A stretch of 64,000 bases of DNA from Octopus sinensis (Eukaryota). The DNA lies in assembly GCF_006345805.1 (NCBI RefSeq), contig NC_042997.1, positions 179,428,001 through 179,492,000 on the forward strand, written 5' to 3'. Made by a program: the position numbers and the translations under genes. Positions 1 to 13,878 of this stretch are shown piece after piece; position 1 is the stretch's first letter; the number at the start of each line of letters is the position of its first letter. Below the pieces are notes generated by a model. It was not told the origin of the DNA. It was given only the letters and a program-made list of their open reading frames with translations, and made no database searches.

Positions 1-1049
1 GGCTTGTATGCCAGAAATTTACTTTAGACGTTCGGAGAGACGAATGCAGTAGATCGTTTTAACAGATAATAGAAATAACTAATGAGTCTTTGTGGCTGAT
101 TCCCATAAATTGATATACGAACATGAGGTATAGCATAAAATACACATTTTCCCAACCGGCTACTGCAATAAAGAGATCAGCGATGTTCATTAATGAATCA
201 TCAGAACAATTAACTTCAGCGGGTAACGAAGAAATGTGAATTCTGACATTCATACTTCTGTTAAATGGTTATGGACACGGAGTTGAATAGGGTTAAAATA
301 TCGAACAGACACTTTTGCCATTCTACTTGTGGATTGTGATGTTAGTTCTTGTCTGCAACACAGAGCTGCATCTGAATTGAACACACTTTACACTTTATGC
401 ATTTGCTTCTTCAACGAAGTATGAACAAACGCAATTAACGAATAGATCGACAGCATAACTTCGGATGGAAGTGTAAATTGTGAGCATATAGTAGAATTCT
501 AGACAAATGTTAGTTTTGCTTATATGCTTATATGAGAGCTGGAGCAATATTGGAATTCAGACGATAGCTGATGATTATTAATAAATTTTATGAAACTGAA
601 AAGTGAATTTATATTAAAACATATGTTGGATTCCAATATACTTTGAAAACAAAGGATACACACAAAGTGGAAAAAAAGAGTAAAGAAGATAGATGAGAAA
701 GAGAAAAGGAAGGTGAGATATTGAAAGAGAAACTCTGAGTATAGAACACTAAAGATATTACAAATATAACAATTCAGATTTCTTGTTTAATAAATAAAAT
801 AAGCTACATTAAATCTTATAATGTTATCATTCAAGTTTTCTATATGTGTTTCTAGCAATTTGCTATGAAATTAAATAAAGAATCGGAAATATATTATATT
901 TATTGAATGCAATTTAGAGAGAAACTTCCAAACATTTGGTATATTCTGATGTGTAATTGGCACTTGAAAAGGCAGGAGCGAAAGATGTTTGCAAGTAAAG
1001 TACTTTCGATGGTACATAGAAATCAGCCATAAATCACACACACACGTGA

Positions 1050-1128
<79 letters not shown>

Positions 1129-1345
1129 ATGTATACGAGAAGTCAAAAGTTATCCGTGTTTTCGCCATAACATATTTTTATTATTGTCACACTGCCTTCT
1201 GCGTATGCGTACTTATAGTTGGTACTATTGTGATCACGTGATTGAAGTTTGAGCCTGATCGCGTCATCTTTATTTCTGACTTTTCAGTGTAAGGTCCACT
1301 AGCAATAGGCACCAAAGAACAAAGAGCAGTGATCCGAGAGATGGT

Positions 1346-1426
1346 AAATTAAGTACCAGTTGCGTATTGGGGTCGATCTAATCGCCTCCCCCAAAATTTC
1401 GGGCCTTGCGCCGAGCAGAGCAAGGA

Positions 1427-1430
<4 letters not shown>
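1346..1430 (+). mobile_element. 3' fragment of SINE family A
   Basis: aaattaagtaccagttgcgtattggggtcgatctaatcg...ccccaaaatttcgggcc matches the body and tail of the second unit at ~8530-8697; followed by (TG)n. Confidence 0.75.
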
Positions 1431-1473
<43 letters not shown>

Positions 1474-2212
1474 GGGAGGGTGGATGTTTGGTAGGATCGT
1501 GTTCGTGTGTGTAAGTGTGTTCGTGTAAACGCATATACCCGAATGTTAAATATAGTCAGTTAAACAAGAATAACGTTTGACAATGTAAAAATGTGTAAAG
1601 GAAAGAATGTTACTATTGATATGAATAACAACTCCCGGCAAATATGCTTTCTACAGAAACTATTCCGTAACGACTTGGAAACGTAGGATGTCAATATAAA
1701 AGGAAGTGGCAGTGTGAAACTAAAGAGCCCCTGCTCTGTAAAAGAAGCAACGCAATTTCTTGATGACATGATTTAGTATAAGTGACCAAACGTGTGGATA
1801 ATTCGGTTTGCTTTTAATTGTTTCATTAATCGTTAATTACCAGTTTCATCTATTTTGCCAAAGCACGGATGTTATGGAAAAGGGAACCTACGCATCATTG
1901 AAAGACTTGCTAGAAATAGTAAGCAACCTATACATTCTTATTATTATCCTCCTCATTAACGTTTTATTCATTCAGATTAGGATTTGATTTAAATTTCGCT
2001 GCTTATGTGACGGGCTTTTTCTCAACGACTGCATTCAATTCACCGGCGATTTTCAATACCAGGACTTTCTAGTCTTAGAAAAAGCATAGGTATTGAATTA
2101 TAGAAATATGTTAAAACTGTCTTTCATCACATACAATATATATATATATTACGGAGATGTACTCGCATAGCAAGTGATTTGATCTGAGATCGTGTGCTGA
2201 AACGAAAACAAT

Positions 2213-2352
2213 TGCAGCGTGGAAGGTGTTTGCAAGCCATTTAAGAAACACACAAAAGCCGTTCGATTCACTTCAACATTTAAGTTTAATTTGTCAAAAT
2301 ATTTTCGTCGCTAAAATCCGCGACCTGTTCACTGACAAAAATCCGTGCTGCA
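2213..2352 (-). mobile_element. 140-bp short repeat with imperfect 11-bp terminal inverted repeats, carrying a hammerhead-like motif
   Basis: Ends tgcagcgtgga / tccgtgctgca pair 9 of 11; abuts (TA)n at 2353; contains the fold at 2290-2340. Confidence 0.6.
2290..2340 (-). ncRNA. Minimal type I hammerhead ribozyme-like motif, G3-C8 core variant
   Basis: Minus strand: UUUGUCA-GUGAACA-G-GUCGC(GGAUUUUA)GCGAC-GAAA-AUAUU-U-UGACAAA. 7-bp stem I, 5-bp stem II, palindromic AAUAUU stem III. Confidence 0.65.
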
Positions 2353-2359
2353 TATATAT

Positions 2360-2430
<71 letters not shown>

Positions 2431-2432
2431 AT

Positions 2433-2715
2433 ACTAGCAGTATCGCCCGCCGTTGGGGGTTTGTTTAGACCCTTTAGAATTGGAATTTTTGAAAAGTAAA
2501 AATTTGTGGCAGTATGTAGCTTGTTATTCTCTTTAAGTGAAATACGCCGAAAAATGGCGACACAGCAGTCAAAACATCGTAAAAAATAAAGATTTTCATA
2601 GAAAAAAGGCACCTTTTTTATGTAAATAATTTTTGGTGTTAACATGGTCCGATTTGAATTTTTTCTTCTACGGAAGGAAGAGTTAGCATTCTTCTATTAT
2701 ACTCTCATATATATA
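2433..2715 (+). mobile_element. Non-autonomous Helitron/HINE-like element fragment
   Basis: Starts actagcagtatcgcccgccgttggggg directly after (TA)n, resembling ACTAG..GCCCG..CGTTG Helitron-associated termini; ends in TA repeat. Recognised by pattern only. Confidence 0.45.
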
Positions 2716-3294
2716 TATTAATACGAAAAAACCCTCCAGGCTACATCCCGAAAATTCATTTCTTTGCCGAATTTCTACAATGTTTACAGCGATTCGTTTT
2801 TATATCTTGATTTTTTATTTTTTATGCAATTTACGCATGCTTGCACGCGTGGTGAACACAGTTCACGTCAAACAGCTGACTGAGTAAAGTTCACTATTAA
2901 ATGCATGGGATAAGGCCTAAACTAACACATTATCGATTTTTGCACTTGCGAAATGAATTTCTGAACAGAAATAGCGCAGTTCAATTTTCATTCGCCTAAA
3001 CTTTAAGTGACCCATTTTTGGTGGTTCTACGATTTGTTGGCTAGGAGGAGATGTGCCGGGAAGTTAAACACTCAGACACATACACAAATACACACACAGA
3101 CACACAAGTTGAGTTATATATATATAGATATGTATATACTGTATATACAGGATATATATATGTATAGGTTGCTTACTATTTCTAGCAAGTCTTTCAATGA
3201 GGTGTAGGTTCTCTTTTCCACAACAGACGTGCTTTGGCCAAAATAGATGAAATTGGTAATTAACGATCAATGAAATAATTAAAAGCAAACCGAA

Positions 3295-3332
<38 letters not shown>

Positions 3333-4552
3333 GCACACACATATGTATAAATATACATATATACATATATTTGCATATATAAATGTATATATGTTTATAT
3401 ATATATATGTATATATTTACGTATATGTATGTATATTTGTGTTTATGTTTGGGCATCCGCAGTGTGAATATATGTATATATCTTCAAACTGAGATAGAGA
3501 GAGATAATTTGTGGGAGAGAGATGATGGGGGAGAGAGAGTGACAGTGTGACACGAGGAAATAAAATATCAAAATAATTAATATAAAATTTATTAACAAAC
3601 TTTAGAAATATATATACATGTATGTTTGTGTTTATGTGTACATATATACATGAATACACACTCACATGCACGCACATACGCACACACACACACACTTGTA
3701 TACATATATATATATGCAGGTACAAATTTATGTATGTGTTACACTTATTTCATACAGAAAGTAGTTGAATAGAAATATTTTGCACAATAAAAGGAATTAA
3801 GAATATAGGTCACCCTCTATTTCTCCGTGTAAATATAATCTGATTCTAGGACAGCTAAAACTAGATTAGCAATCTCCCTTTACTTTACATTATTACATGA
3901 ACACTGAGACACAGTATCCGATTACTTAGGAAGCGTACCAATTCTTTAAATTTATAGAATAATAAATTATAGAAGGATTTAAATTTATAATATGTCAGTT
4001 TTTCAAAGATTTATTTCCAAACAACCGGGAGATTGCATTCTTATGGATTTCAAATAAAAACAGTAGACTTCAAGATTACTGATCGTTAATTTATGCGCAA
4101 AAAATGTTATCTAATATTAGGTACATTATATGCTAAGGAAAAAAAAATGTAGCTCATATTCGTCTAGTTTAGCAGTCATCTCTGACTCGTAGGATGTGTT
4201 TCTTATGTGTTAATAAAATTATATTCGTAGCATATGCAGTTTTCTGACATGTAGAAACTAAATAGTCGTCGTGCTTGTGATGTAGGAAAATCACTTTGTA
4301 TGCATTCAAGATGAAATATCTGAGACAAAATAGAAAGAATAAGAATTTTCTTACAAAAATGAACACAGCGTAACTTAGTAGCTTCTAGGTGTACGCTTAG
4401 CCGATTTACCCACAGACAAACATACGTTAGGAAACTGCAAGTCATGAACATATATACTCGTTCACATTTCATATACCCATACATTCACACACACACATAT
4501 AATATTTGTCATATAAATGTGTGTGTGTTTTTGTGTGTCTGTATGTGAACTA

Positions 4553-4586
<34 letters not shown>

Positions 4587-4591
<5 letters not shown>

Positions 4592-4990
4592 TAATCCAAA
4601 CAAGAAAGCACAAAAAAGCACAACAACGCGAGGACGTGGAACAAATATAGTAGCATTGGACGCTCAGGAAAGAAGGAGGGTTTAACGTTTCGAGCGGAGC
4701 TCTTCGTCGGAAACATAAGAGAAGGAAATATCCAGAGAAGGGAATACAGAGGGAAAAAAATCGCCAACGGTACACACGCAGTATATATGTATAGGGTGAG
4801 AGTTCACGGAAAAAAACGAATGATGAAGACAGGTGGTGTAGAAAGCAGATGTATTAGTATAACGCTCAGGAATTGAAAAAGTCTTTTGCGTTTCGAGCGT
4901 ACGCTCTTCTACAGAAAGGGACACAGAAAAAAAAACAAAAAGAGAAACAAAGAGAGAAAAAATATATGTAGTTGCTACCGATCTATCATA
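4587..4990 (-). mobile_element. Non-autonomous Penelope/retrozyme-like repeat with two tandem hammerhead-like motifs
   Basis: acgctcaggaa...gtttcgagcN3-4gctcttc..c.gaaa occurs twice ~203 nt apart (4660-4713, 4862-4917). The first unit is homologous to 59622-59790. Flanked by (TA)n and (CA)n. Confidence 0.65.
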
Positions 4991-5022
4991 AGTTTACACA
5001 CACACAAACACATGCATACATG

Positions 5023-5060
<38 letters not shown>

Positions 5061-6308
5061 TTTATATATATGCGAATTTTCAGTGTGTATCGATATGTGT
5101 AAACACTGAGTACTTGTTGGTAGATAAAGATAAACTTATATATATATATATATATTATATATATATATATATAATATATATATATATAAATTTACCTTTA
5201 TCTCCCAAGAAGTACTCAATGTTTACACATATCGATACACACTAAGAATTCGCTTTCCAAAATATTTGATTAAATATTTCATTTGATGTTCACACATATG
5301 CCAAACTTCAACACACAAACACTTAAAGAAAAACGTACAACCTAATGCAAACATACGAACAGATGCAACCACAAGTGCTCACTCATGCAACATATATAAA
5401 GGAGACAATAAAACAACCAAACATAACAGTATCCTCATGAGAATTCCCAAATTCTCCATTCATTTAATAGATGATAATGGAAAATAAAATAAAAGCCCGT
5501 TATCAAGGGTAAATGGAGAATACGGATGTAAAGTATCGCAGTGGACAAATGTAGAATATATTAGTTTTGGATATAAAAAATAAGTTTTTTTCTTTTAAGA
5601 AAGAAATATTTTTTTTACGAAAGAAATATATTACTAGAATAAAATGACAAAATCATTATGACGAGAATAATCTTAAGACAAACACATTAACGTTAACAAT
5701 ATACTATCACAGATGTGATAATAAAACTAAAAATATTAATCATAGTTATAAACATGTTCAATAGCATATGTTCTACAGAAACGGAAGAAATATTAAATCA
5801 ACATCCTGAATGAAAAATTCAATTATTTTTCTGTGTAGTATTAGTGCCTTCCATATCTTTTACAAACAGATACAAAATGAAACGAGTATATGTATCCATA
5901 TACATTCACACATGTAGTGCTAACACTTATGTATGTGCACTACATGTGTGTATGTGTATGTATGTGTGTGTGTGTATATGTGTTTGAGTTGCCTGTGTAT
6001 GGATAGACATAAACGAAATATATATGTAAACATGCATCATATTTTCCAGTCTTGGTGTTTATTCATGTGTGCGCGAAGGTGTATATTTATATATGTGTGT
6101 GTATGAGTTTAGTGTGTATATACATGTATGCATGTATATACATACATATACATACACACACATATGCATACACACATATACATACATTTACATACACATA
6201 TATACATACACACATATACATACACACACATACATACATGCATACACACACATACATACACACACACATACATACACACACTCATACATACATATATACA
6301 TATATATA

Positions 6309-6345
<37 letters not shown>

Positions 6346-6849
6346 TCACACTCGCATAGACAAATAATATGTTTATACGTATGTGTGTGAGAGTGTGTAT
6401 GTGCGTGAGTGTGTGCAAATAAATTCAGATGAACATCGGCATATTCTATGTATCTGACTTTGTGTGCGCATTTTTTCTGCGTAAATGTTTGTTTGCGTAT
6501 ACGTGTGCGCGCATAATTAGATAATCAATATGAAAGTGACTGAAGAAATGGGATTTCTCGGAGAGAAAGGAATAGTGGAAGAATTCTGGACTAGCAGACA
6601 GGAATATATCGCTGGCTCGATTTCCTCTCGTCAAAAGAACTCTCATAATGAAGCTCATTGACAACAACAGACAGCAATAAATACACAAACGTAAATATCA
6701 ATAAAGATAAAAATAGTCATGACAAGGGAAGAGCCAAAAGAATGATAACAACAACAACAACAACGATGACAACAACAATAGTAGTAGTAATAATAATAAT
6801 AATAATAATGATGATAATAATAATGATAATAATAAAATTTATGCAACAA

Positions 6850-7190
6850 TAACAAGAAATGTATTGACAAACTATGAAAACGCGAAGCACTCTTTTATAG
6901 CAATGTGCTAGTTGTACAAAAACCACTACAATAATAGCAACAAAGCTGAAATTATCACTACCAGATCTAGTAACAACAGCCAGAAAAAGAGCAGCGAGCA
7001 GAACAGAACAACAAATCTTCGAGACAGGAAGACATGAACAGAGAAAACGGCAACAACGAAAATAACATAATTCGACTATAATTAACAATGGTTGTTTTGA
7101 GTGGACTATATTTACTGTTCTCAATCATTAGAGATATTTATATAAGTAAATGATCTAAATCATGTCAACTTAATATCTACAGCCCCTAAG
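6850..7190 (+). mobile_element. Dispersed repeat, probable 5' region of an RTE-like LINE
   Basis: Homologous to the reverse complement of ~43490-43800 (shared atagcaatgtg.tagt.gtacaaaa and gttgttttgag...gtcaacttaatatc); the latter resembles an ST(F)NI endonuclease start. Confidence 0.5.
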
Positions 7191-8298
7191 CAAAACACTG
7201 TGTCCTTTTCACTGCATAATACCACCTATTGAAATCTCAGGAATATAATTCTGGAATCTGATTAGAATTCCAACTGTTCTATGCGAAGCTTATCTCCCGG
7301 TAAATGTGGTCCACACTTCACCATTCAAAAACGTCTAAGATGGTGACCAACGCATTCAGCTTAGTCACTCAACCAAATCCCATAACTGCACTCCACCGCA
7401 TAATGTGTATCTGCCGCTCTAATGCAGCAATACAGGCGCTAAGTGAAAGCTTTTTCATCTCCAAGATATCTGGTGAACACGGTGTTCCTTGAAAAGATAT
7501 GTAACAGCTTTAAAGAATTCTAATACCACCTATTCTTGAATCAAGCAGCAAAGGTTCAATGGGGAAAATATTTACATTTGGTGTGCAGATGCCATGAACT
7601 CTACTAGAAACTTCTCAAGGGTGTGTCTCTTCAAGCCGCCTTCTCCTCCTCCGCTCTCAGTACATATGTGCAATCACCAGAACTCCTCCGTTCATACCAA
7701 TAAACTAATTCTGATGGCTTCTCTCTAATCACCTGACACTACACCTGCCATACCTTGCTGCTGTTCCACTCTCTCTCTCTCACTCTCGCTTTCACTGACT
7801 GTCTGTTTTACTCTCTCTAACCCTCTCTCTCACACATACACACTGTCTCTCTCATATACAATCTCTTTCTCTCTCACACATTCTCTGTCTCTCTCTCTCT
7901 CATATTCGCGCATATTGTTTCTCTATGAGAGAGAAAGAATAAGAAAATAACTGCAAAATCTTCAAAACTCACCCTACATCTCGCGCAAAGCCGTGACACT
8001 TTGCATAGGGACATCATAGAGAGCCTCAACATCAATAAAAATCGGTGTGCGTACGACTAAAAGGCAATTGATGAACAATTGGTTATTTCTGATCTAGAGC
8101 TGATCGATCAAGTTTTTGAAGACATAAACGTCTTATACTCTCTGTCTCACGGACAAAAAGGCTAGTCAATAAAATCCAATTAGATTTTTCCGATTCAAGA
8201 TTTTAATTCAAAATTATCCAGTAAAAAACAGTGTTTCCCTTAGTATCCACAATTCTTAACCTACTAGTCCCATTTACCATTCAATATATTAAGCAGCA

Positions 8299-8697
8299 GG
8301 GCGGCGGGCTGGCAGAAACGTTAGCACACCGGGCGAAATGCTTAGCGGTATTTCGTCAGCTGCTACGTTCTGCGCTTAAATTCTGCCGAGGTCGACTTTA
8401 CCTGTCATCCTTTCGGGGTCGATAAATTAAGTACCAGTTGCACACTGGGGTCGATATAATCAGCTTAAACCGTTTGTCTGTCTTTGTTTGTCCCCTCTGT
8501 CTTTAGCCCCTTGTGGGTATTAAAGAAATATGTATTTCGTCTGCCGCTACTTTCTAAGTTCAAATTCCGCCGATGTCGACTTTGCCTTTCATATTTTCAG
8601 AGTCAATAGATTAAGTACCAGTTGCGTATTGGGGTCGATTTAATCGACTGCACCCCCTCCAAAATTTTAGGGGTCGTGCTTAGAGTAGAAAAGAATA
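8299..8697 (+). mobile_element. Dimeric tRNA-derived SINE (family A)
   Basis: Head ggcggcgggctggcagaaacgttag, B-box-like gttcaaattcc, body ggggtcgataaattaagtaccagttg. Second unit restarts at gtatttcgtctgccgc (~8532) and has a different tail. Confidence 0.85.
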
Positions 8698-9143
8698 TTT
8701 TAAGCATGCTTCTATGATCAAAGGTTATTGATGATTTTGCAAGTCATGAGTATACATCGTATATTTTCCGTAGTAAGCTAATAAATGGCGAGGTATTGTG
8801 TAAATTTGCTTGAACCAGACAAAACGCCTTTTAGCATATAGTTACATATGATTTACGCCCTGACACCAAGTCTGACCGGAGCCAACCTTATTTTCCTTAT
8901 TCTGAAGTACATACAATAATTATATTGAAGTATCTAATCGATACACTCGGAGACGATATATCAATTCTATAAAGGACTTATATCTAGCGTCCGTTTAAGA
9001 AATATTTTTCTGCGCATTTTGTATGTTTGTGTCGAAGATTTTTGTCATCTAAGTATATAATCAACCTGTCTAATAAAATCATAAACGGAGTATTAGATAG
9101 AGATGTTGTAAAAGAAACAATAACACAATAGAGAGCAAATCTA

Positions 9144-9593
9144 CTATTTGTTTTGTGAAACAGAGATATAATGTTTACAGTTAGTATTTAAATAACATAT
9201 CAATGCTGACGTCAAAATACAGACAGTATGATCAAAAGCTCTCCAACCTTGACTATACCATCTTGTTGTCAGGCATATTTCGTCAATAACTATATAATTT
9301 AATACGCGATTCCAATTAGAAGTCAATAGGGTGTAATCTGAGGGTACATTGCCAACTATTTTTATTAGATTGAACAGCCAATTAGAGGCACCCTCGTTGG
9401 CGATGTAAGAATACGGTTTCATATTCAGAAGCAGTATTTGGTTACTGCAGTCTGAAATAATACGAACGTTAATCCTTTCTATATTAATCCAAGTTATTCT
9501 AGCATGATTTATTACTCTGATTATGAATATAAGTGAATATGTTCTTTGATCATTAAATTCAAACTCAGAGAAGGTACGGAGTCCTTGGAGTTT
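9144..9593 (-). other. 150-codon stop-free frame, candidate exon of unknown product
   Basis: Track ORF 9144-9422 extends upstream without stops to 9593; acceptor-like tattatttcag|AC at 9451; non-repetitive sequence; no recognised domain. Confidence 0.3.
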
Positions 9594-12104
9594 CTAAGAA
9601 ATTATAAGAACTTTAGTTGTACTGTTGCTTGTTTTTTATAAACAGATGAATATTGGGAAAACAAATGCTCAAAATCTAAGACCCCAAAATGAATATTTGT
9701 CCCTTCTTATAACTTGACAGCTGGATGTTTAGCTCTCTTTCGTTTTGAAGAATTGTTTCTTTATTGCTTGCAATCCCGTAGTTGCTGAAACACCGCCACA
9801 TTCTATTATAAAGAAGCAAAATATGTCATTCTATCATAAAAGTCCATTTAAATGGTTTCTCCTCTGTACATATTTTTTGGAAAATTGCTACAATACATTG
9901 AACACGCGATTTCATTGATGCACATTTTACGTATCACAAACTACTCAGCAGTTTACGCTTTGTTATTTAGCCTAGTAAAAAAACAAGAGCAAATTCTCAT
10001 CCTCCCATTATTTTCCTCTGTTACTTCAATTATTTTCTGTGTGTTTCTTTCGGCTTCATTTCCTTTCTTTTAACACTGAAGGCATGACATGGCAATTTTG
10101 AGACCTCTTTCTCCGAAACATTTCGATAAAAAGCAAGAGTAACTCACACATTCAGTAATTTCATATAGTTCTAATTTTATTTGTATTGCTTTTATTGTAT
10201 TTCCCTCTGACACTTTTTTCATGTTTTTCACATCTTATGTTCCCATTTTCCTGCATCAGTATATCTTACTCTATCTTTTGTTCTTAGCTTCCAAACCGCA
10301 AGCTGTCCTTTCAACAATTTCTCTCTCTCACTTTTCCATCTCACTTTTTCATCTCACTTCCACTTTCACTTTCTCTCTACCCTTTTCCTCACACTAACAG
10401 GGTGCATATTCGGTTATCTGTTTATTCTGTTCCAATTTCTACCCACAATTTCTTTCAAATCATTTGTTTATCCTTCTGATCATTCCTAAATCTCTAATTA
10501 GACATTTATAGTATTGTTGCGCCCCAAAAAGTGTATTTATGACACAAATTCGAAACTCTAAATTTAAATGAAATATAAAAGTCTGTTTCTTGTTCTCCCG
10601 ATATACATGTCTGACATAAACAATCCTCCGTTCCTCAGTATCCCAAAAGCAATATATATATATAAAACAAAATCACGTAAAATATTCATTTTCGTTATTT
10701 TACATGAAATATTAAATTTAAAAAAAATCCAAGTAGGGAATTTGATTTGCAAAGATGCAGAATCAAGAAACAAAAATTAGATAACAAATAAGAGAAAAGA
10801 AAAAAAATGCCAAAAATGATTCATTTATTCTTTTTATGTAGTCAGAAGAACTAATTTAATATTGTCTAAACATGACGTGTAGAATGGTATTTCAAATATT
10901 TATTTCATAGGATCTAATTAAATAAACAGTCATATTGGAATATTGCAAAGATTTCTAATTTACAAACTATATGCAATTTAATTTCGATATAGTGTACATA
11001 TATATATATATTTATATATATATATATATATATGTATGTATACACACATACACATATGAATGAATGTATATATGTATGTACATGTAAATGTAAACATTAT
11101 ATATATACATATATATATATATGTATGTATGTATACACACATACATATATGAATGAATGTATATATGTATGGACATGTAAACATTATGTATATATATATA
11201 TCAATATACATGTGATGTACACACGAATATAAATGTAAGTCGTAGCTTTATACACACATACATGTGCACGTATATATATATATATATATATAAATATATA
11301 TGCATGTGTGTGAGTGTCAGAGTGTGTGCTTGCACCGTGTGTAGATGTGCATCAGCATCTGTGTCTGTATCTCTATGGTTGTGAATGTGTGTACATGTGT
11401 CTATACGTTTGAATCTGTGTATATATTAGCATTATTATCATTAGATCAAATAATGAAACCTAATAGATACTATAGCGGCCTTTTTATATGTCGCTGCTTC
11501 CACTAAATATAACTAATAAAATAATAGATGCTTCAGTAAAATTAATAAATGACTATTTCACACACGCTCGCGCATGCGAGCAGTCACACTGAGACACACA
11601 CAGACATATTTATATTTGATATATGTGCGTGTGTCTCTTCGTGAGTGTTTGCTTTGGTGTGTGTGTGTGTATGGCCTTACGCATTCATATATGTTTGTGT
11701 ATATTTATTGATCAGTAGTTATCTTTATGGATAAATTATTTATATATTATATATATGATAATATAATATAAGATAATATTATGCATATATATATGCATGT
11801 ATATATACACTATACATACATTCATATATATATATAAATATATATATACATGCCATTTCAGCCACTGGCCATTCGGACACATAAGGCAGCTAAAAACAAC
11901 CACGTGGATTCTGTTGAGACCAGTAAGAAACAATTATGAACTTTTTTATTACACTTACTTTTTTAAATATTTTTGATAAGGTTCGTTTTTTCAAGAAGAA
12001 CCGAAATATGTAAAATTTCTTAGAAAATTAAAATTTATCTTATATAGTGGCGTTTTCAAACTTCTTTTTTATAAATATATACCCACTCGTATACGAGCTA
12101 CACT

Positions 12105-12163
<59 letters not shown>

Positions 12164-13325
12164 CTATCTAGCAACGACTGGAAACGGGTATATTTTAAAA
12201 GATGATAATTGAAAATAAATAAGAATTACTTACCTTATAGAATCCATCTGGTTTAGAATCAAAAAGAAAGGAAAAACCATGTCGTGTATAAAGTCTCACT
12301 GATATCTTATGACTAGAAAAAAGAAGAAAACAGAAAAAAAGCATAAATACAAAGGAAACAGAAGTTGTATTTCTATAGTTTCAAGTATGGATTATTTCCA
12401 CGTTATTCTGATTGACAATACAATCGTATCTTACTTTTATATACATTTTATTTACTATGAATCTTATGATACGAGATGTATTCGAAAATTTTTATGACAT
12501 ATTAATGACGGCATCATCGGTTTCTCTGGTGTATGTGTGACCTGGGGAAAAACAGCGACATACAAATGTCAATGACCTGTATTTCTTCTAATACAACATT
12601 TGGAAAGCCGAATCACGACTGAATAATCTATTGGGACTCTCGAGTAATTACTTAGATTTTAGTTAAATGAATTTGCCAACAGACAGTTTTATATATATGC
12701 ATAAACATATAAACACGTACAGACGCATACAGCTATATATATGTGTGTGTGCGTCAGTGTGAGCTGCTGTACCGCATGGAATGGAAAAGGGTAAAACAAA
12801 TCCTAGTTAATGGTGTAATTATACCATTCAAATTACATAACACAATATATCTAAATGATTGAAAAGACAACATTTAATATATAAGAGAAGAGAGAATCCA
12901 ATCTACTCTTTACTATTTCAAATATGTGCACCTCAAATATTTTCTTCCAGTTTATATATATGTATATATATTTAACACTAAGCGTAATGAGAAGCCTAAT
13001 TACAGAACTAAGCCTTATAACCGGCTGTCTATTATCCATTGATGAATATGCTTGTTTAATGTTTCACATATATTCAGTATGTATCTTACTGGTTAAATTA
13101 TTACTCACTAAAATGTTGATTATAAACAGTATTTAAGTGAAATTTTATGAAGAGCTAATAATTAACTCTACCACAAGTAGTGAACTCTTCCTCAGAGTTT
13201 ACTTTTCATTTATCACTACGTGTGTTAAAGTCTATAGATTACGCTCTACACACACACAGGGTTACTCATACATCATATATAAATATATTCATGTGTGTAT
13301 ATGTATATTTATGTATGTATTAATA

Positions 13326-13454
<129 letters not shown>

Positions 13455-13456
13455 CG

Positions 13457-13878
13457 TGGGCGTACTCTAAGAAGCTTGCTCCACAACCATATGATTCCGG
13501 GTTCAATCTCAGTGCATGCACAAGTGTCTCCTACTATGGTGTCGGACTGGTCAAAGCTTTGTGAATGGATTTCGTCGAGGAAAACAGAAAGCTTGTCATA
13601 CATACGAATATGTATTTTTGTGTGTGTGCATGTGCATCTTAGTGTGCCTCTGTGTGTGCGTGTGTGTGTGTGTATGTCTGCGTTTTTATCCCCACTATTG
13701 CTTGACAACCGGTATTGGTGTGTTTCCGTCCGCATAACTTAGCGATTTGTCAATAGAAGCCCATAGATTAAGTACCCGTCTTAAAGAAGCGTACAGGGTT
13801 CAATTCATTCGACTAAAAATTCAAGGCAGTGCCCCATGATGGTTGTAGTCTAATGACTGAAACTAGTAAAAGATAAAC
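13457..13878 (+). mobile_element. Degenerate SINE family C (internal TA/TG microsatellite)
   Basis: ccgggttcaatc...caagtgtctcctactat...gcttgacaaccg..ggtgtgttt...taatgactgaaactagtaaaaga; homologous to 18190-18570 and 50899-51319. Confidence 0.75.

Noticed and set aside
59-162. Minus-strand exon AGWENVYFMLY..., resembling GPCR or receptor N-terminal domain motifs
   Set aside because: The acceptor looks good, but similarity is only a few residues and the frame stops at 59; no supportable product.
568-602. Plus-strand CUGAUGA...GAAAC
   Set aside because: Stem II does not abut GAAA and no cleavage triplet with stem I follows.
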